Source: an uncultured virus (IMG/VR IMGVR_UViG_3300034023_001061)
Lineage: Duplodnaviria > Heunggongvirae > Uroviricota > Caudoviricetes
Strand: one strand, 5' to 3'
Virus record (IMG/VR): IMGVR_UViG_3300034023_001061
Length of the DNA: 56,664 nt
Of this stretch, positions 1 through 9,250 are shown in pieces. Both the position numbers and the translations under genes were made by a program. Position 1 is the stretch's first letter, and each line of letters begins with the position of its first letter. Under the pieces are notes generated by a model. That model was not told where the DNA came from and did no database searches. It saw only the letters and a program-made list of their open reading frames with translations.

Positions 1-157
1 GTCCATCGGTCGCGGGACCAGACGTGCAACAGCCCGCGGCGCGTCAACGCCTTCGCAGTGGTCGCCGCGCCGAGTCGGTAGGGGCAACCAGCGATGCCGT
101 TCGGTTGCTTCGCGAGCCACCGCAGCATCGCCAGCATCTTCGGTGTGACGGGCACGC

Positions 158-391
158 TCACCGCGCCGACGCGAGCGCAGCACGGCCCGCGTCGGTCAAC
201 CACACGCCCTCGCTGTTGACGATGCCGAAGCCATCACTCCCAATCTTCTCGGGGCCGCGGAGGATAAGTCCGCGTCTCAGGCACGCCCTCTTCGCGTTTA
301 CGTTGAGCGATGGGTGCGCGTAATACTTGCCGCGATTTCCCTCGCGTTCGATGGAGCGCAGCACCTTGAGCATCGCAGGCGTGAGTTTCAT
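158..391 (-). CDS. Small winged-helix-like hypothetical protein
   Basis: 77 aa with LRRGLI...WLTDAGRAAL pattern; class-B-like promoter motif just upstream. Confidence 0.55.
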   Translation of the reverse strand: MKLTPAMLKVLRSIEREGNRGKYYAHPSLNVNAKRACLRRGLILRGPEKIGSDGFGIVNSEGVWLTDAGRAALASAR

Positions 392-443
392 GGTGACCCT
401 TATACGCCGCGAGGGCGCTGGTTCTATCGCGCAATCGGCGGCG

Positions 444-842
444 CTACACGCGACCGACGGTGCGCTCGGTGACCCACTTCTGCGTGAGAAGATCGAAACG
501 CTGGATCTTCGCGCCCTTGTTGCCGTTGATGCCCTCGCGCACGATCCAGAGGGCGTCGCCCTCCGCGCGCCAAGCGTTTTCGCGCGTCGGAGCGTGAGAG
601 GGATAAGCCCCGACGCCCACCGCGCGCCACGCCTCGACGATGCGCGGTACGCGGTGACCGCTCCCCTCGCAGGAACCGTCGCGCTTCTGCTGCGGACCGC
701 GCCCGAGCGACTCCTGCCACGAGGCGCGACGGAGCGTCCCGCCGTGCTTGCGAAGCGCGAGGATGTTGTGCCCCGCTACCTCCTGCGTGGCGATCATCTT
801 CTGGCACACGGGGCACTCGCGGCGATCGGGTGTCTTGCTCAT
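444..842 (-). CDS. Hypothetical protein with CxxC (CPVC...CEGSG)
   Basis: ATG at 842 lies 7 nt after the class B motif CGTAGAGAAC-N14-CGTATGAT. Confidence 0.6.
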   Translation of the reverse strand: MSKTPDRRECPVCQKMIATQEVAGHNILALRKHGGTLRRASWQESLGRGPQQKRDGSCEGSGHRVPRIVEAWRAVGVGAYPSHAPTRENAWRAEGDALWIVREGINGNKGAKIQRFDLLTQKWVTERTVGRV

Positions 843-894
843 GGTGCGCATCATACGCCACGAGTTCGCCAGTTCTCTACGGCGCCGCGCCGAT

Positions 895-1422
895 TTACTT
901 CACCCCGATCAACTTCGCCGCCGCCTCGACGCACACCGGGTCGCTTCCGTTGACGGAGTAGAGCGGCACGGCGACGACTCGGAGGTTGTAGCGCACCACA
1001 CGATGCCCCACCTCGCCGGGGTAGTATCGCCCCTCCCCGTTCTCGATCACGAGGCGCACGTCGTCGACCTTGCGCATGAACGTCTCCGTCGTCGCGCAAG
1101 CGATCGCTCGACGCAGACGCACGTCGCCGTCCCACCCGAAGCGCGCGGCCTCCGCCGCGTCGATCACCACGCCGCTGCGCATCCCGCGGGCTCGCTCGCT
1201 CGGGCATTCACGGCGCCGTGTGAGGTAGCGACCGTTCTCGACGCGAACGATCACGATGTTGCTGTTCGCCATGCCGACGACCGGCGCGACGTGCCCGACG
1301 ATGGCGCGGTAGTCGCCGCTGTACGTGTCCACCACGTCGAGCCACGCCGGTCCCGGCAGGCCGACTCGCCGCGCCACCGTCTCGTGCTGTTCGTCGCTCT
1401 TCTTGCGCTGCTCGCTTGCCAT
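895..1422 (-). CDS. Hypothetical protein
   Basis: ORF from MASEQ, with AGAAGGGA upstream of the ATG. Confidence 0.5.
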   Translation of the reverse strand: MASEQRKKSDEQHETVARRVGLPGPAWLDVVDTYSGDYRAIVGHVAPVVGMANSNIVIVRVENGRYLTRRRECPSERARGMRSGVVIDAAEAARFGWDGDVRLRRAIACATTETFMRKVDDVRLVIENGEGRYYPGEVGHRVVRYNLRVVAVPLYSVNGSDPVCVEAAAKLIGVK

Positions 1423-1474
1423 GATTGCTCGGTTCCCTTCTGCGCAGTCGTTTCTCAGTCGTCCGCGGGCGGGG

Positions 1475-1951
1475 TCACTGCACGCACCGTGCGGCATCAA
1501 TCGCCACGCCGAGGAGGTTCGCGAGCGCCACCAGCGCCTCGACTTCGGTCGCTCGCTCGGTCTGAGCCAACGAGTGTCCGGTCTCGTCGCCCTGCACCGA
1601 CGCGAGCCATCGACCACTCGGGTAGCGGTGCGTTCCAACCGGCTTGAGGCCCCTCACCTTCATCGCCGCGTTGATGCTCGCCTTGAGCATCGCGATGCCC
1701 CTCACGTCGTCGGCGCCACGTTCGATCCTCGCCCTCACGTCGGCCTCGGTGAGTTCGCTCGTGACCACCACGCGCTTCGGGTCGAAGCCTTCGACGCCGT
1801 GCACCTCGCAGTACGTCATCCCACTGCCGTACGTCCCGCAATCGACGCGTCCCTTGCGCCCGCAGTCGAGGCACGTATTCACTCCATCACCGCGTTCGTC
1901 GATCCACACGTTGTCACCCTCCTCGCAGCGAACGTTTCGCCGCGCTTGCAC
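1475..1951 (-). CDS. Hypothetical Cys-rich protein
   Basis: 158-aa ORF with protein-like composition; CLDC motif. Confidence 0.5.
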   Translation of the reverse strand: MQARRNVRCEEGDNVWIDERGDGVNTCLDCGRKGRVDCGTYGSGMTYCEVHGVEGFDPKRVVVTSELTEADVRARIERGADDVRGIAMLKASINAAMKVRGLKPVGTHRYPSGRWLASVQGDETGHSLAQTERATEVEALVALANLLGVAIDAARCVQ

Positions 1952-2179
1952 CGACCACTATGACCGTCTCCGTTCCGCTGCTTGCTAGGCCGTTGCGGTC
2001 GCCTCGGTGTCGCCGCTCGGTTCGCTCGCGGAGTTCTGCCGCGGTGACGGGCGCCCGTCGCGCAGCGTCGATGCCCGCGCAGACGCGGCGGCACCACGCG
2101 GCGTGCCGCTCCGCGTTGCGCTCGCGGATCTTGCGATCGATGGCCTCGGCGTAGATGCCGAAGTCGGGGTACAACACGC

Positions 2180-2554
2180 TCACACCCCCGCGTCGAGGGC
2201 GCGGCGCGTCTCGCCTGTCGCGAGGGCCGACGGCGCTCCGAAGGTCACGACGCAGCCCACGTCCTTGCCGCAGTAGATCGAGTGCGCCACGAGGGCGTAC
2301 CCGATCGGGACCGCGGTGAGGTTGTCGAGCGCCGCCCCGCCCATCTCGCGGGGCGTTTTCACCGACTCGGGAAGCCCGCACACCTCGCCCGTCGAGAGGT
2401 TGACCGCGACGTACTCCGTGCGGCTCCCGCCGTCCCAGAAGGTGCCGTCGAGGTGAACGACCGACTTCTCGGACACGGAGCACTTGCGACCGCCCCACGA
2501 CGGGAAGGCGATGCGGGCGATGGCGATGGGCGTGAGCGGCTTCGGCGACTTCAT
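2180..2554 (-). CDS. Hypothetical phage protein (FWDGGSR motif)
   Basis: ATG 5 nt after class B motif CGTAAAGAAC-N14-CGTAAGAG. Confidence 0.7.
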   Translation of the reverse strand: MKSPKPLTPIAIARIAFPSWGGRKCSVSEKSVVHLDGTFWDGGSRTEYVAVNLSTGEVCGLPESVKTPREMGGAALDNLTAVPIGYALVAHSIYCGKDVGCVVTFGAPSALATGETRRALDAGV

Positions 2555-2614
2555 GGCGACTCTTACGTCGGCGGGCGTCGAGTTCTTTACGCGGCGCCTC
2601 GCATTTCTCGCGAA

Positions 2615-2698
2615 GGCTTGTTTTCAAGCACCGCGAGAGCAATCGGCGGGGCAGCGTAAAGAAGCGGCGGGCGGCGGACGTAAGAGTGGGCACCATGA
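2615..2698 (+). repeat. Repeat R1 copy 1 (palindrome GCTTG-TTTT-CAAGC plus class B promoter, to ATG)
   Basis: Near-identical to 3657-3739. Confidence 0.9.
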
Positions 2699-2937
2699 CG
2701 AACACGTCGCCCGCCGAACTCGCCGCTCAAGTCGCCGAACTCACGGAGGCGCTTCGCCTTCATCAAGAGGCACTCGCCGACTCCGCGAAGGTCAAGCACG
2801 AACTCGGTTTGGCGAAAACCTCGATCGAGGTTTACCGGGCCATGATCGCGGCTCTGAACGAGAACCTCACCGTCGCCAAGCACACCGAAGATGCCCTGCG
2901 AGCCGAGATCGCGTCGCTCCGTGGCGCGACCATCTGA
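2695..2937 (+). CDS. Coiled-coil hypothetical protein
   Basis: ATG at the end of R1; heptad-like composition. Confidence 0.7.
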   Translation: MTNTSPAELAAQVAELTEALRLHQEALADSAKVKHELGLAKTSIEVYRAMIAALNENLTVAKHTEDALRAEIASLRGATI

Positions 2938-2942
2938 TACGA

Positions 2943-3370
2943 CTCGCGGCGTTGAAGGGGCCGGGAACATGATCTACTCCGACGACGCCGTTACCGTTGT
3001 GGTCGCCGAAGTGACGGCGATCTACGCCGCGTGGCGCGAGCGCCGCAAGTTCAACGCGCGGGCGCCCGAGCCGAGCCTCACCGCAACGCTCGTCGCGGAG
3101 TACCTGCGCGACGGTGCGATCGGCGGGATGCGCCTCCGCGGGCTCGACGACTTGGTCGAGAAGCGCCAGCGGCTCGTGGTGCACAACGCGATGGAAACTG
3201 CCGTGCGCTGCGGGCTTCTGGAGCGGAGCAAGGGCGTGGGCCTTCGCGGGCGCGAGGCCAGCGTCTACGCGCCGAAATGAAATCGGCACGGCGGCGTAAG
3301 GTCGCCCGTTCTGGCGACGTAGAAGGGGCATCGAGGGCGCCGCGCCCCGAAGAAAGAATCGGACACCGTG
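2943..3370 (+). repeat. About 430-bp direct repeat copy 1 (whole gene plus R2 promoter/leader)
   Basis: Near-identical to 3940-4368. Confidence 0.92.
2969..3280 (+). CDS. Hypothetical protein, duplicated (copy 1), possible winged helix
   Basis: MIYSDDAV...VYAPK; a few aa differences from 3967-4278. Confidence 0.75.
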   Translation: MIYSDDAVTVVVAEVTAIYAAWRERRKFNARAPEPSLTATLVAEYLRDGAIGGMRLRGLDDLVEKRQRLVVHNAMETAVRCGLLERSKGVGLRGREASVYAPK

Positions 3371-3616
3371 AACACCGTGCAGACCCTCGCCTCGATCGCC
3401 GCTCTCTCGAACACCGACGTGACCGTCACCGCTCGCGTCACCAGCTACGGGGTCATGGCCTCGTTTCGACCCACGACGGACGACGGCATGACGGACGAGG
3501 TTTCGTCGAGCATGCGCGAGAGCATCGCCGCCGTGATGGCCGACGCGGGTTACCTCTCGATGGGCGCCTTCGGCGACGATGATCTCGGTTGCTGCACAAT
3601 GTGGATGCCCGCCTGA
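3368..3616 (+). CDS. Hypothetical cassette protein
   Basis: GTG start at the end of the R2 leader. Confidence 0.7.
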   Translation: MNTVQTLASIAALSNTDVTVTARVTSYGVMASFRPTTDDGMTDEVSSSMRESIAAVMADAGYLSMGAFGDDDLGCCTMWMPA

Positions 3617-3656
3617 GCGCCCCACTACCCACCGGCCTCCCCTGCGCGAGCACGGG

Positions 3657-3739
3657 AGGCTTGTTTTCAAGCACCGTGAGAGAATCGGCGGGGCAGCGTA
3701 AAGAAGCGGCGGGCGACGGGCGTATGAAGGGCACCATGA
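3657..3739 (+). repeat. Repeat R1 copy 2
   Basis: Near-identical to 2615-2698. Confidence 0.9.
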
Positions 3740-3900
3740 AGTTCAGCGAAGAAGAAATGCGGATTCTATGGGCAGCGATCTCTGCGCACGCTGACAACGA
3801 AGAGGACATGGAAGGCACCGACGGCTACGATCAGGGCAAGATCGATGCGGCGCGCGCCCTCGCGAACCGCTTCGATGCGCGGTACGCCGAACCGCCCTGA
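3736..3900 (+). CDS. Small acidic hypothetical protein
   Basis: ATG at the end of R1 copy 2. Confidence 0.65.
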   Translation: MKFSEEEMRILWAAISAHADNEEDMEGTDGYDQGKIDAARALANRFDARYAEPP

Positions 3901-3939
3901 GCGCCGCCCGCAACAGCCGCGCACCCTTACGGGCCGCGG

Positions 3940-4368
3940 CTCGCCGCGTTGAAGGGACCGAAGAACATGATCTACTCCGACGACGCTGTTACCGTTGTGG
4001 TCGCAGAAGTGACGGCGATCTACGCCGCGTGGCGCGAGCGCCGCAAGTTCAACGCTCGGTTGCCCGAGCCGAGCCTCACCGCGACGCTCGTCGCGGAGTA
4101 CCTGCGCGACGGTGCGATCGGCGGGATGCGCCTCCGCGGGCTCGACGACTTGATCGAGAAGCGCCAGCGGCTCGTGGTGCACAACGCGCTGGAAACCGCC
4201 GTGCGCCGCGGGCTTCTGGAGCGGAGCAAGGGCGTGGGCCTTCGCGGGCGCGAGGCCAGCGTCTACGCGCCGAAGTGAAATCGGCGGGGCGGCGTAAGGT
4301 CGCCCGTTCTGGCGACGTACAAGTGGCATCGAGGGCGACGCGCCCCGAAGAAGGAACAGGACACCGTG
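3940..4368 (+). repeat. About 430-bp direct repeat copy 2
   Basis: Near-identical to 2943-3370. Confidence 0.92.
3967..4278 (+). CDS. Hypothetical protein, duplicated (copy 2)
   Basis: Paralogue of 2969-3280. Confidence 0.75.
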   Translation: MIYSDDAVTVVVAEVTAIYAAWRERRKFNARLPEPSLTATLVAEYLRDGAIGGMRLRGLDDLIEKRQRLVVHNALETAVRRGLLERSKGVGLRGREASVYAPK

Positions 4369-4635
4369 AACACGAACAGCCGCACGCCCCGCCTCGCTCC
4401 CCTCGGGTCGCCCATCGAACTCACCTACGCCCTCATCGGCGACACCTACGGCGCAATGCGTCAAGCGACGAGTAGGATCGTTCGTGACGGCACCATCAGC
4501 GCATACGTTCCCGAGCACGCCGCACAACTCGCCGCGTGGCTCGACTCGGACGAGTGCGTGATCCCCGCGAACCTGCGTGCGCTCGGGAGCGCCGCCGTCA
4601 CCGCCGCGCAAGCGTTCGTGAGCGCGAGCAAGTAA
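4366..4635 (+). CDS. Hypothetical cassette protein
   Basis: GTG start at the end of the R2 leader. Confidence 0.7.
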   Translation: MNTNSRTPRLAPLGSPIELTYALIGDTYGAMRQATSRIVRDGTISAYVPEHAAQLAAWLDSDECVIPANLRALGSAAVTAAQAFVSASK

Positions 4636-4724
4636 ATCGGCGGGGCGCCGTAAGGTCGCCGCGAGTCGGAGCGTACAAGTGGCATCGAGGGCGTGACGCC
4701 CCGAAGAAGGAACAGGACACCGTG
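4634..4724 (+). repeat. R2 promoter/leader copy 3
   Basis: AAATCGGCGGGGCG..CGTAAGGTCGCC..CGTACAAGTGGCATCGAGGGCG-nnn-CGCCCCGAAGAAGGAACAGGACACC-GTG, as at 3280-3370 and 4278-4368. Confidence 0.9.
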
Positions 4725-4994
4725 GATACCATCACCGCACCCGCATCCGTCACCGCGATGGTCGAGAAGTTCCAGAGCGATTACGTCGCTCGCAAGGCCG
4801 CGAACCGCAAGGCCCGCGAGGCCCACATCCTCGGTGCGTCCGTTTCGTTCTGCACGCTCCCGAACGGCAGAACGTTCGCTGAGTGCTTCGTCACCGGCAA
4901 GACCTACCGCGGTCGGTCCTTCTCCTACTCCGTGCAGGCGTTCGGCGCGAGCGTCGAAGAATGCCTCCCGCGTATCGCTGCGCAACTCAACTGA
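4722..4994 (+). CDS. Hypothetical cassette protein
   Basis: GTG start at the end of R2 copy 3. Confidence 0.7.
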   Translation: MDTITAPASVTAMVEKFQSDYVARKAANRKAREAHILGASVSFCTLPNGRTFAECFVTGKTYRGRSFSYSVQAFGASVEECLPRIAAQLN

Positions 4995-5068
4995 CGCGCG
5001 CCCACGGCGCACGCACCCCGCCCCGTAGGCTAGCGCCGCGGGGCTTGCGGCGTTAGGAGACCCCGCCG

Positions 5069-5290
5069 ATGCACACCGACAAGAACCTCCGCTCCGCAAC
5101 CGCCGACCTTCTCGCCGCCGCGTGCGACTACAGCGCGCTCGCGCAGCGCATGGATCGCGGCTACCGCCCGTCGCCGAAAACGGTCGCGCGGGCGCTGCGG
5201 CGCCTCACCGACGCCCGTGCGCTGTTCAACGCGGCGCGGGCCGACGGCCTCGTCGCCACCGCGAAGGCGATGCTCGCGATTCTCACGTAA
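5069..5290 (+). CDS. Hypothetical protein
   Basis: AGGAG upstream of ATG; helical Ala-rich ORF. Confidence 0.6.
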   Translation: MHTDKNLRSATADLLAAACDYSALAQRMDRGYRPSPKTVARALRRLTDARALFNAARADGLVATAKAMLAILT

Positions 5291-5323
5291 GAACAGCCTC
5301 GCGAGCGGCGTAGAAGGGGCACC

Positions 5324-5929
5324 ATGAACACCACCGAGAAGTTCACGAAGTCCGTCCGCTCCCCCGCTACGATGCGCGAGGCGAACGACCCCATCGCCTT
5401 CGTGAATGCGCTCTTCGAGTCGCGCACGCTGCGCACTGCCGTGGAGCAGGCGCGCGAGCGCGGGTACAACACGCCCGTGTACCGCGACGGGATGCACTAC
5501 TCCGTGCTCAACGCGACGTGGACGGACGCCGGTCCCGTGCCCGAGACTGAGTTCGTCGGCGGCAAAATGTGGTCGATGGCGGACGAGAAGATCGCCCGAC
5601 GCAACGCCTACAAGGCACTCAAGGCGTGGGGATTTCTCGTCGATGAAGTCGAGACGTCGGATGGCCCCTGCTGCGTCGCTCGCGCGTGGTTCTCACTCGC
5701 CGCGGAGGAGGTCGTGACGCTTGCGCTCACCCTCGTGCGGCAGACGCGCTCGGCGTCGCGGGCGCTCGATCACGCCGCGTGGGCGTGGCTCGGGTACTCG
5801 CGCCGCGACGTGTCGATGGCGCTCTACGACGCCCACTCGCGCGGGTTGTGCGAGATTTACGAGAGCGGGTCGATCGTGGAGCTCCGCTTCCGCGACGAGA
5901 ACGGAGCGTTCTTCGACGCGGTGGCGTGA
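5324..5929 (+). CDS. Hypothetical protein
   Basis: ATG 7 nt after class B motif CGTAAG-N17-CGTAGAAG. Confidence 0.7.
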   Translation: MNTTEKFTKSVRSPATMREANDPIAFVNALFESRTLRTAVEQARERGYNTPVYRDGMHYSVLNATWTDAGPVPETEFVGGKMWSMADEKIARRNAYKALKAWGFLVDEVETSDGPCCVARAWFSLAAEEVVTLALTLVRQTRSASRALDHAAWAWLGYSRRDVSMALYDAHSRGLCEIYESGSIVELRFRDENGAFFDAVA

Positions 5930-5930
5930 C

Positions 5931-6239
5931 TCACCGCGGGAGTTTCCCGCGACCGTACTTCGCGCCCGCCGTGCGGAGACTATCGATAAACGACGGGCCG
6001 CGCTCGGGGATGTTCTCCATGCGGTACACCTCGCGGTCGAGCGCATTCAACTGCGCAGCGTACCTCGACACCGAGGGCCAGTCGCGTCGCTCCAGCGCGA
6101 TCGTGAGCGCCTCGTGGGCGTCGGAGGCTTGCCAGCGAAGGCTCGCGAGCCGCGATGCGTGCGACGTGACGTTCATCGGGCGCGTGCCGCGCTTGCGCTT
6201 CGGGTTGTGCGCCGCGGTGCGCTTCTTCGAGGTTGCCAT
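5931..6239 (-). CDS. Basic-tag protein (MATSKKRTAAHNP)
   Basis: Class C leaderless promoter; basic N-terminal tag ending in NP. Confidence 0.7.
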   Translation of the reverse strand: MATSKKRTAAHNPKRKRGTRPMNVTSHASRLASLRWQASDAHEALTIALERRDWPSVSRYAAQLNALDREVYRMENIPERGPSFIDSLRTAGAKYGRGKLPR

Positions 6240-6335
6240 GCCGTGACACTACACGAACGCAGCACCCCGCGCAATCGGCGAACAATCGCACACGGGCCGT
6301 AAGGTCGGCGGCGCTCGATGCGTAGAAGGGGCACT

Positions 6336-6668
6336 ATGAACGACGACGCATTCACCCTCGATATGATCGCCGCACTGCGCGAACTCGCGGACTGGAACTA
6401 GCGCGAGGAGGCCGAGTGCACGCTGCCTCGCAACACCTCGTTCGGCCTTCTGCGAGCGCGTGGTCTCGTCGCGACGAACACTACGGTTTGCGTGCACTAC
6501 CATCGAAGCACGGGTGAGACGACTTCGTTCGTCTCGCTCCGCGCGTGGCTCACGCCGAAGGGCCGCGCTGCGTGCGAGGCCATCTTCGGGATCACGCCAG
6601 TAGCGGACCGTCCCGACGCCGACGCGATACGCGCCGCCGAGCCAGTTTCCGTCACGAAGAACTACTGA
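6336..6668 (+). pseudogene. Winged-helix-like gene interrupted by an in-frame TAG at 6399-6401
   Basis: Class B promoter, ATG 6336; reads MNDDAFTLDMIAALRELADWN*REE...LRARGLV...WLTPKGRAA; resembles 158-391. Confidence 0.65.
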
Positions 6669-6681
6669 CGGCGAACGTCCG

Positions 6682-7227
6682 CTAGTGCACCGACTCGGGT
6701 GCGTCGCCGCGCTCGATGCGCGCCTTGATCTGCTTGCAGATCGCGGTGAGCGTGTCGGGCGCGAGCGGCTTCTCGTACGCGCCCATCGCGCTCACTGTCC
6801 GCGCTGCACGTTCCAGTTCGTCGGGCATCGCGCCGGTCACGAAGTACACCGCGACGCCGCGGGGGAGCGCGTGGGCCACGGTGATGCCGTTGTGCTGCGC
6901 GTGGCGGAGGTCGAGGTCGATGATCGCCGCCGCGAAGTCGCCCACGTCGGCCCGCTGCGCCGCGTACATCGCGTCGTCGGCGGTGCAGCACACGACCGTT
7001 TTCGTCCCCGTCTCCTCGCCGACGATCCCCGCGAGTTGCGTCGCGAGAAACTCGTCGTCTTCCACGATCAGCACACGGGGCTGCGGGTGAAGCGCCTCGA
7101 TCACGGCGTGCAAGCGCGCGATGCTCTCGGTGAGCGTCCCGATCGCAGCGTTCTTCGCGTTGAGTGCCCTCGCGTATCGGGCCGCGAGGTCGTCGGTGAT
7201 GGGGTCGGTTTGTGCGTCGGCGGACAT
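6682..7227 (-). CDS. Orphan response-regulator receiver (CheY-like) with N-terminal coiled coil
   Basis: RVLIVEDD, AIIDLDL, VTG and EKP receiver motifs. Confidence 0.88.
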   Translation of the reverse strand: MSADAQTDPITDDLAARYARALNAKNAAIGTLTESIARLHAVIEALHPQPRVLIVEDDEFLATQLAGIVGEETGTKTVVCCTADDAMYAAQRADVGDFAAAIIDLDLRHAQHNGITVAHALPRGVAVYFVTGAMPDELERAARTVSAMGAYEKPLAPDTLTAICKQIKARIERGDAPESVH

Positions 7228-7617
7228 CTAGCGTTTGCCTCTCGGCAATGATTCAATTACGCGGGCGGCGCTGTCAAGCGCGGCAATACCCTTAGTGATG
7301 CTCTCCATCTCGTCGATGCGCTGCTCGGTGACGCGCGCGAGAGCCTCCGCATGCGACGTTTGCAAGGCTTGCACAGTCGCCGCATGGGCCGCGTGAATCG
7401 CTTGAACTCTATCGCCGTGCTCCTTGTCGCGCGCGTGGATCGCCTCGTGCAGCGCGGTGTTCTGCCGCGCGTGGTAGACCACCACGCCGATCAGAACCCC
7501 GATGACCGCCTTCGATCCGCCCGCGTCGATCACCGCCCACAACGCGGGTGAGACCTGCGCGAGAAATGGTAGCGCGGGGAGCATGGGCACGAGTGTTTCG
7601 AGCATTACGCGAACCAC
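7228..7617 (-). CDS. Small membrane protein with coiled-coil tail (holin-like topology)
   Basis: Hydrophobic AVIGVLIGVVVY followed by coiled coil; start uncertain. Confidence 0.55.
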   Translation of the reverse strand: MVRVMLETLVPMLPALPFLAQVSPALWAVIDAGGSKAVIGVLIGVVVYHARQNTALHEAIHARDKEHGDRVQAIHAAHAATVQALQTSHAEALARVTEQRIDEMESITKGIAALDSAARVIESLPRGKR

Positions 7618-7674
7618 GATAACACACGCGCGGCGCGGTTGAATAGTGCGAACGGTGGTCCCGTCTCACCCACC

Positions 7675-8019
7675 ATGCAGCATCAAACTGGCGATTTACA
7701 CACCGCGGCGCACGACGACAGCGACGTTTCGACCGCCCACCGGCACCAGAGGATGCCCGACGTGCCGTTCCCGGCGCGCGGGGCGCGACTCTCGCGGCAA
7801 CTCGCCGCCGCAGCCGCCGTGCGTACGGTGACGCTCGCGGCCCTCCGTACGGCGGCACGCGCGCTCCGCACGGTGCAGAAGAACCCGCTCTCGTTTCCGA
7901 TCGCTACGCGTCTCGAAGCGCAGGGCGAGGTAGACGACTTGCTCGCGACGCTCGCCGACCTCGACGATCTCGTGAGCGGCAAGAAGACTCGCGTCGGCGG
8001 GCGCGACGTCGATGAATAA
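7675..8019 (+). CDS. Hypothetical protein
   Basis: ATG 9 nt after class A motif TGAAT-N17-CGTC. Confidence 0.55.
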   Translation: MQHQTGDLHTAAHDDSDVSTAHRHQRMPDVPFPARGARLSRQLAAAAAVRTVTLAALRTAARALRTVQKNPLSFPIATRLEAQGEVDDLLATLADLDDLVSGKKTRVGGRDVDE

Positions 8020-8047
8020 AACGCCGCGCCGAACGTCTATACGTGCG

Positions 8048-8425
8048 ATGGAACCTCGACACGGCGTACGTTTCACCTCCCCCGAAGGCGCGAGGGTCAC
8101 CGTTCTGGTTGACGGGGAGTTCCGCGCCAGCGACGTGACCGTGTGCGTCGGAGGGCGTACGCTCTCCGCGGGCAACGCCACGGTGGAACGGGTCGCCACG
8201 CGGCACGGGGCGGTGTTCTCCGAGGCGGTGGCGACGCTCCTCGCGAAGCACGCTGCGATCGTTCGCGAGGCGTGCGACGGGGCCATGCGCTACGACGGCG
8301 CGCTCGTGTGCGACGCGCTCGACGCCGTAGAGTGCGAGGTGAGGGAGAAGTGCGGCCCCGAGGATCGCGAGGCGTGCGCGCAGATGATCGTCGCCCGTGC
8401 GATGATCCCCACGGTGGTGCCGTGA
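8048..8425 (+). CDS. Hypothetical protein
   Basis: ATG after TGAAT-N16-CGTC; first gene of an overlapped operon. Confidence 0.6.
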   Translation: MEPRHGVRFTSPEGARVTVLVDGEFRASDVTVCVGGRTLSAGNATVERVATRHGAVFSEAVATLLAKHAAIVREACDGAMRYDGALVCDALDAVECEVREKCGPEDREACAQMIVARAMIPTVVP

Positions 8426-8510
8426 GCGCGATCGTCGAGGGCTTCGGGTGGCTTCTGATTTCGGTCGGCGTTCTCAGCGCGATTCGCGGGTGGTTCGTCG
8501 GAGGCGCGAA

Positions 8511-8831
8511 GTGAAACGTCCGTCCATCAGCGATTCAAGCGATCCCGACGATCGCCACATCTGCGATAACGCCGCCGCGGACTACCGGGATTATGAGTCG
8601 CATCTTCGCGACGCGATCCGGCAAGCGACGGAGGCGCTGGCCTTCTGGCATGAGCACGGCGAACCGATCCCAGGACTCCTCGTGGATGCGCAACGTTCGA
8701 TCGGTGCAGCTATCGTCAAGGGCGCCTACATCACCGCGCGGGCGCCGTTCGTTTCCGAAGAGGATCACGCGCGGTTCAAGATGTTCGGCGCGAAGCGCAA
8801 CGGTCGCAAGGTCGGTGAGGTGGTCAAGTGA
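8511..8831 (+). CDS. Hypothetical protein
   Basis: GTGA overlaps with both neighbours. Confidence 0.55.
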   Translation: MKRPSISDSSDPDDRHICDNAAADYRDYESHLRDAIRQATEALAFWHEHGEPIPGLLVDAQRSIGAAIVKGAYITARAPFVSEEDHARFKMFGAKRNGRKVGEVVK

Positions 8832-9250
8832 CGGCAAGAAGAATCATCACGCCCAACGAGGCGCTGGCGATCGAACTGCGGCATCCGTGCGACCCGGATA
8901 CGTTCGCCGATCTGGCGTTCACCGTCGCTTCGACCGGCGATGAACTCGCGAGACTCGACGACGTTCTGCGCTCCGTGGCGCACCACGGCGTCGTGCTCAC
9001 GCTCGACGACGGATCGACGGTCGTGCGAGGACACCCGTGGATCGATGCGCCGACCCATGAAGGCTTCTGGTGGATTCTCACCCCCGACGGCAAGCGCGAC
9101 GTGGTGCGCGTGGCGTTCTTCGGAACGTCGTGTGAGTACGTCGAGATCAACGACACGCGCGGGCACTTCCATATGCCTCCCGACGGCGCGCGGTGGCAAG
9201 CGATCGACACGCCCACCGTCCCGTCCGCGGCAAGCGAGGAGCAGCGATGA
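8828..9250 (+). CDS. Hypothetical protein
   Basis: GTGA/ATGA translational coupling. Confidence 0.6.
   Translation: MTARRIITPNEALAIELRHPCDPDTFADLAFTVASTGDELARLDDVLRSVAHHGVVLTLDDGSTVVRGHPWIDAPTHEGFWWILTPDGKRDVVRVAFFGTSCEYVEINDTRGHFHMPPDGARWQAIDTPTVPSAASEEQR

Noticed and set aside
2615..4724. CRISPR array
   Set aside because: Repeats are 80-430 bp, separated by whole ORFs, and no cas genes are present
6399..6401. Stop-codon reassignment (TAG read-through genetic code)
   Set aside because: TAG ends well-defined genes normally (for example 34753, 18042, 53854), long genes have no internal TAG, and the other internal stop is TAA
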